In this document: piece after piece, positions 1-9,147 of the stretch
How positions within the stretch are numbered: the first letter of the stretch is position 1
How the letters are laid out: every line of letters begins with the position of its first letter
Source of the DNA: a virus
Length of the DNA: 64,000 bases
Virus record (IMG/VR): IMGVR_UViG_3300050821_003463
Span: 30,544 to 94,543 of that record
Reading direction: 5' to 3' (one strand)
Program-made: the position numbers and the translations under genes
The notes under the pieces: generated by a model
What the model was told of the DNA's origin: nothing
Seen by the model: the letters and a program-made list of their open reading frames with translations, nothing else
Database searches by the model: none

Positions 1-85
1 TTTCGCCGCCCGGGTCTGACGGATCGTTCACGTAGCCGCCCTCGTGCCGCAGGACGGTCGGAATTGCCAACTCAAACATTGCCAT
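1..85 (-). CDS. Glycoside hydrolase family 108 endolysin, N-terminus only (runs off the window)
   Basis: Hand translation from ATG at 85 after GGAGG RBS: MAMFELAIPTVLRHEGGYVNDPSDPGGE, the EGGYVNDPxDPGGE signature of GH108; absent from the ORF track. Confidence 0.9.
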   Translation of the reverse strand, partial: MAMFELAIPTVLRHEGGYVNDPSDPGGE

Positions 86-232
86 AGTAAAACCTCCAGG
101 TCTTCGCTCTCCAACCCCACCCTTCGCGCATACCGCTGCTTCGACGCCATTTCCAGGGGATGACCACTGTCAGTGCCCACGAAGGAACAGGGTCCTGCAA
201 ACGCGAGCAGTGCTCGATCTCTATACCGATTC

Positions 233-445
233 TCATACGCCCTCATTCGTGAAACCGACGGCGCTCCCGCGCACGGTGACGAGGTAAGTGTGCCATTGGA
301 TTCGCTCGTCGTACGCATAGGGTTTGACTTCAATATCCTCGACAGGCTCTTTGAGATGAACAGCCAATGCGTGCTTCGTATCGTCGAGCCTGACCGCTTT
401 ACCCATCGCTTCAACTAACCCACCGCATGCCGGTCTGTATTTCAT
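233..445 (-). CDS. Hypothetical protein
   Basis: ATGA coupling with neighbouring genes. Confidence 0.5.
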   Translation of the reverse strand: MKYRPACGGLVEAMGKAVRLDDTKHALAVHLKEPVEDIEVKPYAYDERIQWHTYLVTVRGSAVGFTNEGV

Positions 446-864
446 CGCATTCGCTCTTTCTTAAGGACTACTGTGTCCACCCGCACGAGATTGTGGCATC
501 CGACACCCTGCACGTTGTGGTGCGAGACTCGCTCGTAAGTCAAGAGAAACGGCTCCTTGACTCCCTCGAACTTGTCGGTCGGATACCCACAGAACAGGAT
601 GGACTCATCATACAGCATGTAGGTCCCAACGGGTTTCAGTCTGAGGTTCAGATTGCCGTCGATCTCATCCACCGCGTTTCCGTTGGTCGAGAGACTGGCT
701 GCGAGGTACATCAGCGGGTTCGACTTGTAGGAGATGGTGCCCAGGGAGTTCTCACGGCTGGACGTGGTTGAGCAGTGCCCGAACTGAGATAGAAGAAGGA
801 CTCCTGTGATCAGAGTGCCCCACACCAAAGCCTCAACCAGCGCGTTCAGAGTTTTATTTGTCAT
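442..864 (-). CDS. Membrane-anchored or exported hypothetical protein
   Basis: Likely start MTNKTL at 864; N-terminal hydrophobic helix. Confidence 0.55.
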   Translation of the reverse strand: MTNKTLNALVEALVWGTLITGVLLLSQFGHCSTTSSRENSLGTISYKSNPLMYLAASLSTNGNAVDEIDGNLNLRLKPVGTYMLYDESILFCGYPTDKFEGVKEPFLLTYERVSHHNVQGVGCHNLVRVDTVVLKKERMR

Positions 865-997
865 GCCGCTTTGCCTCTTTCTGAGTGAGATCGAGCACTT
901 CGTCCTCAATGCGATCTTCGCGCCAGAGGATGTAGAGGGAGAGGAAGAGTCCGAGGATCGACGCCACGGACCCAACCGTACTAAGAACCGCTGTCAT
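854..997 (-). CDS. Small single-TM protein (possibly holin-like)
   Basis: MTAVLSTVGSVASILGLFLSLYILW plus charged tail; upstream of the endolysin. Confidence 0.4.
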   Translation of the reverse strand: MTAVLSTVGSVASILGLFLSLYILWREDRIEDEVLDLTQKEAKRHDK

Positions 998-1250
998 CGC
1001 CAGAAACCACGAGATGCTCGACGCATCCCTTTCCGCAAGAGCGATCCCACGACGTCTGGATTTGCACCCCGCAGTGCGTGTAGTAGATGTTCTCGTCCGC
1101 ATCTACGAATCGGTAGACGCGGCACCCTTCGTTCTCGAAGAGAAAGTCGACTTTGAAGTTCGAGTTGCTGGTTGGCACGGTCTTTAGCGGAGCGGAGTCA
1201 CAACCCAGCAAGCCGGTCAGCAGAACTGGGATTAAAAATAGAGTTTTCAT
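981..1250 (-). CDS. Lipoprotein (DUF4884-like)
   Basis: Lipobox LLGC; FKVDFLFENEGCRVYRF motif. Confidence 0.65.
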   Translation of the reverse strand: MKTLFLIPVLLTGLLGCDSAPLKTVPTSNSNFKVDFLFENEGCRVYRFVDADENIYYTHCGVQIQTSWDRSCGKGCVEHLVVSGDDSGS

Positions 1251-1525
1251 CGCCCCTCCAGACTGGTTTCAAGGATGCGCAATTCTTCGCTGTTGCTGAG
1301 CACGGGTTCGAATTCACTGGTTGCTTCCAGCAGAGTCTCCCCGAACATCGGACCCATGAGGTCATCAACAGCCCGTGCTGAGTCACGGTAGTAATTTCCC
1401 TTGATCTTCGGGTTGACATACTTCGCCTCGTACCTCTCGCGCAGCGCGCGGAGCGACTTCAACCCATCGCTTTCTTCATCAACCTCGATCAGCCGTTCGA
1501 GCGGGAAATTACGAAGCTGGTTCAT
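1247..1525 (-). CDS. Hypothetical protein
   Basis: GGAGG RBS, coupled to neighbours. Confidence 0.55.
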   Translation of the reverse strand: MNQLRNFPLERLIEVDEESDGLKSLRALRERYEAKYVNPKIKGNYYRDSARAVDDLMGPMFGETLLEATSEFEPVLSNSEELRILETSLEGR

Positions 1526-1772
1526 TGGTGACCTCCACGTTGCGGACGTTGCGCGTGCATTTGCACGACTTGGAACATCCAGAGCAGCGCCACGAGCCGA
1601 GTGAGCCCTCAGCCTCTGGATGCGCTCCCAGGTGAGCCTGGGTCAGTTTGTTCGCTGCGACGCAAGGCGTCTTCTTCGCTACCGTGTTGCAGCAAACCGA
1701 GAAGTACGCAAACTTGGCATCTGCCAAGGGATCGCGCACAGGAACAGGCTTCGACTTGAACGGCTTTTTCAT
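1509..1772 (-). CDS. Cys-rich putative zinc-binding protein
   Basis: SVCC...CSGCSKSCKC; AGGAG RBS. Confidence 0.55.
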   Translation of the reverse strand: MKKPFKSKPVPVRDPLADAKFAYFSVCCNTVAKKTPCVAANKLTQAHLGAHPEAEGSLGSWRCSGCSKSCKCTRNVRNVEVTNEPAS

Positions 1773-1783
1773 AGTGTCTCCTC

Positions 1784-2450
1784 AAAAAATCTGGGTGTTA
1801 GAAACTGCTCTCTACCGCCCCTCCGCGACGAGGATTGGTGAAGGTGTTCGCGTTACCTCCGACCCTGCGTGAGAGCCGAGAGCAGTCACTAACGACCAGA
1901 AATTACATGCGTGTTATGTGGTTTCAACGCATGGAACAGGGTAAGTCAGAACTCGAACCGCGTTTTTATTACGCGATTGCCTGCTTCTCAAACCCACCCC
2001 TGCTTCGAATTCTATTTACCCTTGGGCTCTTGATCCTTCTCAAAACCCCATAAAGTCGGTCATAGGTTCCTCCAAAGATTTAGTGGGCGAGTGAGCCGTC
2101 CTCGCCCCAGGGCACAGCAGCATTATGACCGTGTTCGGCGGGGGCTACCCGCTTCTCCGTGTTCTGCGGTATCTGCCTATCAATTAGGTGCCCAAAATCA
2201 AACTTAACACCGGGAGATTCGAACTCCGGTTCGGAGGGATGACTGGGAGTGACGTCCCACTTTTGCATCTCCGAACTACGCTCACCTACGTTTAAGCCTC
2301 TCACGCACAGTGCCAAGATCAAGAAAGTACCGGGAGAGGTACGGCGAAAAGGTCGGGGGATCGTGCCCAAGTCGACCTTGGCTAATCCTCTCCCTTCAAG
2401 TGGCTGACGTAGGGTCTAGAATGCGCTTCGTCTCCACCGGATGTTAAGAG
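1784..2450 (-). ncRNA. Candidate large structured ncRNA (about 660 nt), unassigned family
   Basis: Intergenic; many perfect helices, long-range pairings, T-arm GGAG-TTCGAAT-CTCC, 3' U-tract. Confidence 0.6.
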
Positions 2451-2470
2451 CAGAAACTTCCTGCATTTCG

Positions 2471-3643
2471 CTAAATGGCTTCCAGGGCAGCGGCAACTTG
2501 TTCATCGTTCAACCTCTCCGTCGTTATCTTCTCGGCTTCTGATTTAATAGTATCGAAGAGAGGTTCCTGTGTCAAGTCCAATCTTCGATAATTTTCGTTC
2601 TTGAAACCGTACCAGCCTTTCGGAACTCCGTTGCCCGTTCCTGCCTTGACGTCTTCCTTCGTCTGGTCGCCTTCGATCACCGCGCCGATTTTGATCGCGT
2701 ACGCAACGACATCGCTCTTGAGATCGAACCCAGTCTCGTACAGCAGGTTGACTATCGTCTCGCGGAACGGAGGACCCACTTTGTTCTTCACGTTTTTGAT
2801 CCGCATCTTATGCCCGATGTGGACTGCCTGATCATCTCTGATCTCGCCCCCATCTGTCTTCGACAACCGACGCACTTCCAGTCGTACAGATGACCAGAAC
2901 TTCAGCGCGCGCCCACCAGTAGTGACTTCCGGATTTCCGAACGTCACGCCGATCTTCTCGCGCACCTGATTGATGAAGATCACCAGGACTCCTGCCCTGT
3001 GCGCCTTCGCTACGATCTTACGCATCGCCTGGGACATTAGCCGCGCGTGCAGACCCATGTGACTATCGCCCATGTCGCCTTCGAGTTCGGCTTTAGGAAC
3101 GAGAGCCGAGACAGAGTCAACGACGATGATGCGAAACGCTCGCGTGTCGATCAAGCCATCGAGAACTTCCAATGCCTGCTCGCCGTAATCCGGCTGGCTG
3201 ATCAGCAAGTTGTCGACGTCAACACCCAGCTTCTTCGCATAGTTCGGATCGAGTGCGTGCTCTGCGTCAATGAATGCTGCGAAGCCGCCCGCGCGCTGCG
3301 CCATCGCGATGAAGTGCAGGCTGAGCGTGGTCTTACCGGATGATTCCGGTCCATAGATTTCAACTACGCGACCATCCGGTAGACCGCCGCAAGACATTAA
3401 AATCTCGTCAAACGTTGGCATGCCTGAAGCAAGGCAAGGTAGACGGACTCCCGTCTTCTTGCCCAGCTTCTGGATGAGTTGCGTCTCGTACTCGGCGTTG
3501 AACGAGCGGATGACACCGTCAATCGCCTTTAGCTTATCAGCCTTCGAGAGTTCCGGCAGCTTGACTAACTTCTCCGCTTTCTTCGACGGGGGTGCCGTCA
3601 CCGAGGACTCCTGGTTGGGACTGACCTTGACCTGTAGAGACAT
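2471..3643 (-). CDS. recA: RecA recombinase
   Basis: GPESSGKTT Walker A, DAEHALD, VDSVSALVPKAE, GGRALKF. Confidence 0.97.
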   Translation of the reverse strand: MSLQVKVSPNQESSVTAPPSKKAEKLVKLPELSKADKLKAIDGVIRSFNAEYETQLIQKLGKKTGVRLPCLASGMPTFDEILMSCGGLPDGRVVEIYGPESSGKTTLSLHFIAMAQRAGGFAAFIDAEHALDPNYAKKLGVDVDNLLISQPDYGEQALEVLDGLIDTRAFRIIVVDSVSALVPKAELEGDMGDSHMGLHARLMSQAMRKIVAKAHRAGVLVIFINQVREKIGVTFGNPEVTTGGRALKFWSSVRLEVRRLSKTDGGEIRDDQAVHIGHKMRIKNVKNKVGPPFRETIVNLLYETGFDLKSDVVAYAIKIGAVIEGDQTKEDVKAGTGNGVPKGWYGFKNENYRRLDLTQEPLFDTIKSEAEKITTERLNDEQVAAALEAI

Positions 3644-4052
3644 TTGCCTGCTCCTGTGCTTTCAGTGCCGCCTCTTCCTTCGCCAGTCGAATGTAGGTCG
3701 ACATGAAACGAAAGAACATAGTAGCGTACTTCTTCCCGCGCATCGCGATGAGCGGCTGCTTGCCCTGCGTGCGATAGAACTGGTCGGTCGTCTCGACCAA
3801 CTGTGGGTGATGCAAGAACCACTGCCACCAGCAGTTCTCACAATTGGTTCGCGGCTCTGTGATCATATCGAGCCTATGCCCGCACTGTTCGAGCAGGACG
3901 TGCTTGACCGTGAAGTAGTGACCGCGCATCTGGCGCAGTAACTTCTCCGTCATTACGGGCGGTTTGCCGTCCGGTCCTGGACGAAGCTCGGGCGGGAGCC
4001 GCTGTAGTTCTTCGGCTGTGAGCCCCGGTTGTTCAGTTATTGGTTCTGACAT
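3537..4052 (-). CDS. Hypothetical protein, possible Zn-binding
   Basis: CGH...CENC; GGAGG RBS. Confidence 0.55.
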   Translation of the reverse strand: MSEPITEQPGLTAEELQRLPPELRPGPDGKPPVMTEKLLRQMRGHYFTVKHVLLEQCGHRLDMITEPRTNCENCWWQWFLHHPQLVETTDQFYRTQGKQPLIAMRGKKYATMFFRFMSTYIRLAKEEAALKAQEQANVSTGQGQSQPGVLGDGTPVEESGEVSQAAGTLEG

Positions 4053-4579
4053 TTAATCCTCCTGAACCACGAAGTCATGTTATACCACTCGTCGTACGTG
4101 AAGTCCTCCCGCTTGCTTAGATTACACCTAGGACAGCAGGCAACACAGTTTTCGTAGGAATACCCGAGCGCTGAATTTTTGCGATCTAAGTTATACCGCT
4201 GTTTTGAACGAGTGCTTCCGCCATGTTGGTGCGGTTCCCACACAAGCTGTGCTAAGCAGTAGTGACATTGAGGGTGACGCGTGAAACGTAGAAACTCTTC
4301 GTAGGTCAAAGTATTCTCTCGTTTCAACCGTGTAGCCCAATAGCACAATGCCTTGTATAGCCATTCATAAGGGCGAAGGGTACGTCGAGTGTGACAGGCG
4401 TCGCAGCCTTGATGCGCGTTGTCATTTGCAAGGCTGCGCTTGAGGTTTTCTCCTGTTCGCAAAAAGATATTTCCACAAGCGCATTTGCAATCCCACAAGC
4501 TGCGTCCTGCTTTGTTAGTACCGTTTCGTTGAAGGACGATGACTTGTCCTATCTGACGTCCGATTAGATCGAGGGTCAT
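4037..4579 (-). CDS. HNH-family homing endonuclease-like protein
   Basis: WDCKCACG N-terminus; CHYC...LDRKNSALGYSYENCVACCPRCN. Confidence 0.8.
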   Translation of the reverse strand: MTLDLIGRQIGQVIVLQRNGTNKAGRSLWDCKCACGNIFLRTGENLKRSLANDNAHQGCDACHTRRTLRPYEWLYKALCYWATRLKRENTLTYEEFLRFTRHPQCHYCLAQLVWEPHQHGGSTRSKQRYNLDRKNSALGYSYENCVACCPRCNLSKREDFTYDEWYNMTSWFRRIKCQNQ

Positions 4580-4767
4580 GTTGAGTCTTTCGTCGAAACT
4601 GATCTTTCGCGACCAGATTTTTTGTCGCTTGGTAGAATTCCGCTTTCAATGTCCGCCATCTTCCCTCGGACATCCATCCCGGCTTCGTTACCGCGCGATC
4701 AATGCGAGCCGCCGCGACCCCGTACTTCTGGAGCACCTGGAACTTCTGCTCGCTCGTGGGCTCGCCG

Positions 4768-5340
4768 TTAGGTCCGAGTTCGTACGCGACCTGTCGTCGT
4801 ACGGCTAGGTCTACCGTCGCCGCTGTTACTCTCTTGCGTTTGAACGTAGGACGCTCTCGCTTCTCCCGTTTCTGCGCCAGCTCCTCCGGACTGTGTGGAC
4901 AGACCTTGCAGTCCAGCCAGCTTCCGTTGTGAATCCGTGTTCCCATCTGTTGCCTCATTCTTGCTGCTTTGATTTGACTCCAAAAACTCTATGTGACTCC
5001 TGAACGATGCGATGCGGTCTACCAGATAAGAGAGGTGATATGCAACCATCTCGTTATCCAGCTCCGCGCCCGCCCACTCGAACATGCGGAACACCGCGTG
5101 CCACGCCTCGTGCGCTATGATGCCCTCGCTATTGTCCAGCTTGAAGAAGAGGTGACCGTGCCCGCCTACTGCTACAGAAGACAGCGCCGCCGCGCCCTCT
5201 GCCGCCCCCTCCGTTCCGTATCGCGCCTTACGCGAGCGGGCGATGCTGTCAGTAAATATGACGTGGACAAAGTAATTTGAGAGGACGGGGAACTTCACGA
5301 TGTGCTCGTAATCTCCCCACTTCGTCAGTTTGATCTTCAT
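4768..5340 (-). CDS. HExxH zincin-like phage protein
   Basis: IIAHEAWHAV followed by NEMVAY. Confidence 0.55.
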   Translation of the reverse strand: MKIKLTKWGDYEHIVKFPVLSNYFVHVIFTDSIARSRKARYGTEGAAEGAAALSSVAVGGHGHLFFKLDNSEGIIAHEAWHAVFRMFEWAGAELDNEMVAYHLSYLVDRIASFRSHIEFLESNQSSKNEATDGNTDSQRKLAGLQGLSTQSGGAGAETGEARASYVQTQESNSGDGRPSRTTTGRVRTRT

Positions 5341-5741
5341 CAGACCCTCTTGTGCGAAAAGTATGCCGCTGGGGTGAACAGACCGACCTCTATGAACTTC
5401 CCGCCGAGTCGCTGCTCCCAGGAGTGCCGCCGATCTCCAACTAGTCGTTGGGCAAACAGCTCGCGCTCAATTGCGTCGTCACTGTCGAACCAACTGTACG
5501 CTGCCCAGAACCACGGATGATATTTCTTGGCGACCAACTTCTCGACCGTGTTCTCAACGTCAGCTCGGAATTCCGACATGTTAGGTTTCGCGGGGTCCTG
5601 CGCCGTCGCTCCCTTTGAGGCACTCCAGCTTGCTGCGCCGAGTCCGTTGCTGCTTCTCGACCTTCGGTACGCTGCGAGCACTTGATCGAACGCGCTTTTT
5701 TGTTTTGCGTAGTTTGGAGCCTTCTTCTTTTTTTGGTTCAT
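5340..5741 (-). CDS. Hypothetical protein
   Basis: Coupled ORF in minus-strand operon. Confidence 0.55.
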   Translation of the reverse strand: MNQKKKKAPNYAKQKSAFDQVLAAYRRSRSSNGLGAASWSASKGATAQDPAKPNMSEFRADVENTVEKLVAKKYHPWFWAAYSWFDSDDAIERELFAQRLVGDRRHSWEQRLGGKFIEVGLFTPAAYFSHKRV

Positions 5742-6096
5742 AGCCCCCTCGTGCTGCGATCTTCTCGTGCCACTCCTTCAGATAGATGAATGCCTTCTCT
5801 GCAGGGATGTTAACTTTTGCCATGAACTCCAGGGCACCTATCGCCCACTTGTTGCATAAGTAGCAAAGCCAGCCTCGGTTGCACTTGCCGCAGAACACTG
5901 CGTTGTTGCCCTTCTTGCCTCGGGGTCGCTTGCAGCATGCGTGGTCGTGATCTTGGTTGAGAATGTACTGTGGGTACGGTCGCCCGCAGATCGCACAGCC
6001 GCCACCCTGGTCCGCGATCTCCTGCAGCTTATCCGCGAGGGTCTTCTTATAGACGCGCCGTAGGCGGGCATCCTGCGCCTTCTCCTTCGTAGTCAT
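5581..6096 (-). CDS. Endonuclease VII-like (His-Me finger) protein
   Basis: QGGGCAICG...DHDH...RGWLCYLCN. Confidence 0.8.
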   Translation of the reverse strand: MTTKEKAQDARLRRVYKKTLADKLQEIADQGGGCAICGRPYPQYILNQDHDHACCKRPRGKKGNNAVFCGKCNRGWLCYLCNKWAIGALEFMAKVNIPAEKAFIYLKEWHEKIAARGGYEPKKEEGSKLRKTKKRVRSSARSVPKVEKQQRTRRSKLECLKGSDGAGPRET

Positions 6097-6500
6097 TAGA
6101 TGCAGCCGCCACTTGGACTGTCACCTTCAAACTCTGCCTTGCGATGTTTATTATAGACCGCACAGGCTATCGAATGTCTGAAGTCGTTCGGCTTCGGGAT
6201 ACACAGGCATTCATACTGGTAACCGACGCGCTGTGTCTCGACGTCGGTGTCTATAGTGTACATGATCGCTTTCACGCACATCGCCGCGAGATGGATCAGC
6301 TCCTTACGCATGTGCGGGCGCGTATCCTTCCCCTTGCGGAGATTGAAGGCGAACACGTCATCCTCATACTCGATGTACTCCTCGCGTATGACACCTAGCG
6401 CCTCATGCACGCTGTGCATCGGGACCGGGAAGAGTTCCATCGTTCGGGCGACCTCAGCCGAAATTTCACTTGTGATCTTTGCTACGCGTGAATCGATCAT
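6096..6500 (-). CDS. MazG-like all-alpha NTP pyrophosphohydrolase
   Basis: HEALGVIREEYIE...KELIHLAAMC. Confidence 0.55.
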   Translation of the reverse strand: MIDSRVAKITSEISAEVARTMELFPVPMHSVHEALGVIREEYIEYEDDVFAFNLRKGKDTRPHMRKELIHLAAMCVKAIMYTIDTDVETQRVGYQYECLCIPKPNDFRHSIACAVYNKHRKAEFEGDSPSGGCI

Positions 6501-6684
6501 CGGTCCCCCATTGCTTTCGAGATTGCCTTATCAGTGTGCGCCTTTAGCGCATGACGAAACATCTTCGCTACGAATCTTGCGTCTTCCTGATCTCTCTCAA
6601 CTCCGAGATAGAAGGTCTGGTTATTCTGGGTGAGTCGCACTCGATAACTTCCGCGCTGTAACAGAGAAGGTTCGACAATGACTT

Positions 6685-8349
6685 TCATGCTTTCCTCGCT
6701 AGCCTTTCGCTTATGACTTTGCTCGCTTGTCCGCTGGTCATCAGATCAAACGCAAATGCCTTGTGCGGGAATAACCGCTTGAGCATCGCCTTCTGTCCAC
6801 CGGTGACCGGCTTGCCGTGCCAAGTCGCCTCGCGCAGTATCTTCGTGAGCGTCATCTTCGTTACGCGCTTGCGGACCTGCTCATCGCTCACCTTGAAGAT
6901 TTCTTCTATGCTCGGGCGAGTGCCGTGGAACTCATCCTCGTTGATGCGCCCGACCAACTCCCACTTACCGAGTGCGTTTTCGAAGACGCGCACAAAGCCA
7001 GCGCGCGAGTCTTCCTTCGGGATAAGCATCTTGTAGCCGCCGTCAACAGCGCGGAACCACATCAACTCGCTATTTGATTCTACCTCAGCCGGGAAGCGTA
7101 CCTGGAACAAGTCAACCTGCTCAATAAGCCACTTCGCTTTATCGAGCGATTCTAGTTTAGAGAAGTCAACGCTCGGATGTTCTTCCTTCAGCGCTTCCAA
7201 CTCTTCGACGGCTTCCAGAAGACCGCGCCCCTGGAGATCGAGCGACGCCTGCATGCCCATCAGCGTTGGTAGCGTGAGCAGACTATGCTTGCTCGTGCCG
7301 TCAACGACGTCTATGACGATCAAGTCCTGCTTGCCCGCGAATAGTCGCGTGCCGCGTCCTACCATCTGGGTAAATAGGACACCAGACGTGGTAGGACGAG
7401 CAAGTACCACGCACGCAATACCCGGATCATCGTATCCTTCAGTGAGCACATTGCAATTAGTAAGAACGTTAAGACTACCCGTACGGAAAGCATCGAGTTT
7501 CTCCTGTCTGAGAGGATCATCGCCCCACACCGCTTCGGCGGCAATACCGCGATCCTTAAACGCCTGCGCCTGATCCTTCGCGTGCTGGATGTCCACCGTG
7601 AAGACCAGCGTCCGCCGATCTTCGCCTAGCTTCTTCCAGACGTCTACGATCTGTCGGTTGCGCTTCTCCTGGTTAACAGCAGCGGAGAGTTCGCTCTTGA
7701 CGAAGTCCCCATCGCTCTTGCTGACTTCGTCTAGCTTCGTGTCTGTGACGGTGCGAAACCCACGGACGGGCACGAGCCACTGCTCTTTGATCGCCTGTCG
7801 GATGCTGTAGACGTATGCGACCTTCTCGAAGAGATCACTGAGTGGTGTCCCGTCGGGTCTGTTGGGAGTAGCGGTAACACCCAGTAGCAACTTGCGAGTA
7901 TCATCGCGAAGAGAGCCAGCAGCATCAAGGATGCGACGGTAGCCGTCAGTAACGCCATGATGAGCTTCATCGATAACGATCTTGTCGATCTTGTCCCAGT
8001 TGAATTTGTCAACACGTTTAGTATCCTTCCGACCGAGAGTCTGTACGCTGGTGCTGACGACGTCATCAAAAAGAGGGTCGCACTGCGTTCCCGCCATCTC
8101 AATCCCGACGCTGAGCGCAGGGTTGACCGCTTGCATCTTATCCGCGTTCTGTTTGACCAACTCTTCAGTATGCGCGATCACGAGCATCTGCCCGGGTAGG
8201 CGCGACTTCATAGCATCGTACAGCTTCGAGAACACGATAGTCTTGCCCGTGCCGGTCGCCATCACATGCATCATGCGACGTATGCCCTTATCGTACTCAG
8301 AGAGCGTCGCAGCGATAGCTTCAGTTTGATACGGTCGATCTTGCATCAT
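6685..8349 (-). CDS. Superfamily 2 DEAH helicase
   Basis: RPYQ, ATGTGKT, DEAHH, TATP, QMVGRGTR. Confidence 0.95.
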   Translation of the reverse strand: MMQDRPYQTEAIAATLSEYDKGIRRMMHVMATGTGKTIVFSKLYDAMKSRLPGQMLVIAHTEELVKQNADKMQAVNPALSVGIEMAGTQCDPLFDDVVSTSVQTLGRKDTKRVDKFNWDKIDKIVIDEAHHGVTDGYRRILDAAGSLRDDTRKLLLGVTATPNRPDGTPLSDLFEKVAYVYSIRQAIKEQWLVPVRGFRTVTDTKLDEVSKSDGDFVKSELSAAVNQEKRNRQIVDVWKKLGEDRRTLVFTVDIQHAKDQAQAFKDRGIAAEAVWGDDPLRQEKLDAFRTGSLNVLTNCNVLTEGYDDPGIACVVLARPTTSGVLFTQMVGRGTRLFAGKQDLIVIDVVDGTSKHSLLTLPTLMGMQASLDLQGRGLLEAVEELEALKEEHPSVDFSKLESLDKAKWLIEQVDLFQVRFPAEVESNSELMWFRAVDGGYKMLIPKEDSRAGFVRVFENALGKWELVGRINEDEFHGTRPSIEEIFKVSDEQVRKRVTKMTLTKILREATWHGKPVTGGQKAMLKRLFPHKAFAFDLMTSGQASKVISERLARKA

Positions 8350-8503
8350 TCGTCTCCTCGTACACCCACCACATCAGAACGGAATCTACACATTGCTCCA
8401 GATAAACGCGCCCTGCAGGAGTAGTCTTAAAGCGCATGGGAAAGTCTACGAGGGGGTCGTCATCAATTGCCGCCGACCAACGAAACTTCTGGATGCGAAG
8501 CAT

Positions 8504-8881
8504 TTACGCTTTCTCAAAGAACAGCGTTGGCTCACGATCACCGTCCTGTAACCGAATGATGGAGTGCCCTTCGCGCCGCCGATCACTGCCAAGGATAGCC
8601 TGCAGCGCGATGCGCTCCAAGGGAGTGATTTTGTTGTAGAGAATTACGACGATATGTTTCCCTTCAGGCTTCGAGCGAGAGGGCGTTGTAAAGACGTTCT
8701 GGATGCCTGCGAACCGGTCTACGATGTCGTAGTTTCGCACGAACTGGTCAAACTCCAGGCTGTTGTCGATGTCAATAAACAATTCGTTGTCGGCTGGGGT
8801 CCTGACGGTGAGCCCTTCCTTCGTCGCCCACTCGCGCGCTTCTGCTGAGGTGTTGCCGCCCGCTGTGATAAATTCGCTCAT
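8504..8881 (-). CDS. Small AEP/primase-like fold protein
   Basis: LFIDID and SRS..GKH motifs; start MSEFIT at 8881. Confidence 0.4.
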   Translation of the reverse strand: MSEFITAGGNTSAEAREWATKEGLTVRTPADNELFIDIDNSLEFDQFVRNYDIVDRFAGIQNVFTTPSRSKPEGKHIVVILYNKITPLERIALQAILGSDRRREGHSIIRLQDGDREPTLFFEKA

Positions 8882-9147
8882 GGTTTCCATCCCTCCAGGT
8901 GCCAGAATTTTACTTCCAGATCGCGAGCCGTGGTCCGGAGAACCTCGATTCGCAACTTCCCGCCGTGAACTCCATCGATATGACAGTGCCTGCAAAGCGT
9001 CAGGAGATTTGACATCTCATCAGAGCCGCCCGCGCTCCGGTAGATCACATGGTGCGGATCGAGCGTCTGTCGGTTCCCGCAGTGTCGGCACTTCCAGCTA
9101 TCCCGCTGATACACCGCGTTGCTGATCGCTCTTGGCAGGCTCGGCAT
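8878..9147 (-). CDS. HNH endonuclease
   Basis: RDSWKCRHCG...HHVIYRSAGGSDEMSNLLTLCRHCH; start MPSLPR. Confidence 0.85.
   Translation of the reverse strand: MPSLPRAISNAVYQRDSWKCRHCGNRQTLDPHHVIYRSAGGSDEMSNLLTLCRHCHIDGVHGGKLRIEVLRTTARDLEVKFWHLEGWKP

Noticed and set aside
2080-2370. 96-aa minus ORF and 72-aa plus ORF (1835-2053) in the recA downstream gap
   Set aside because: No RBS or protein motifs; dense base pairing is better explained by RNA structure
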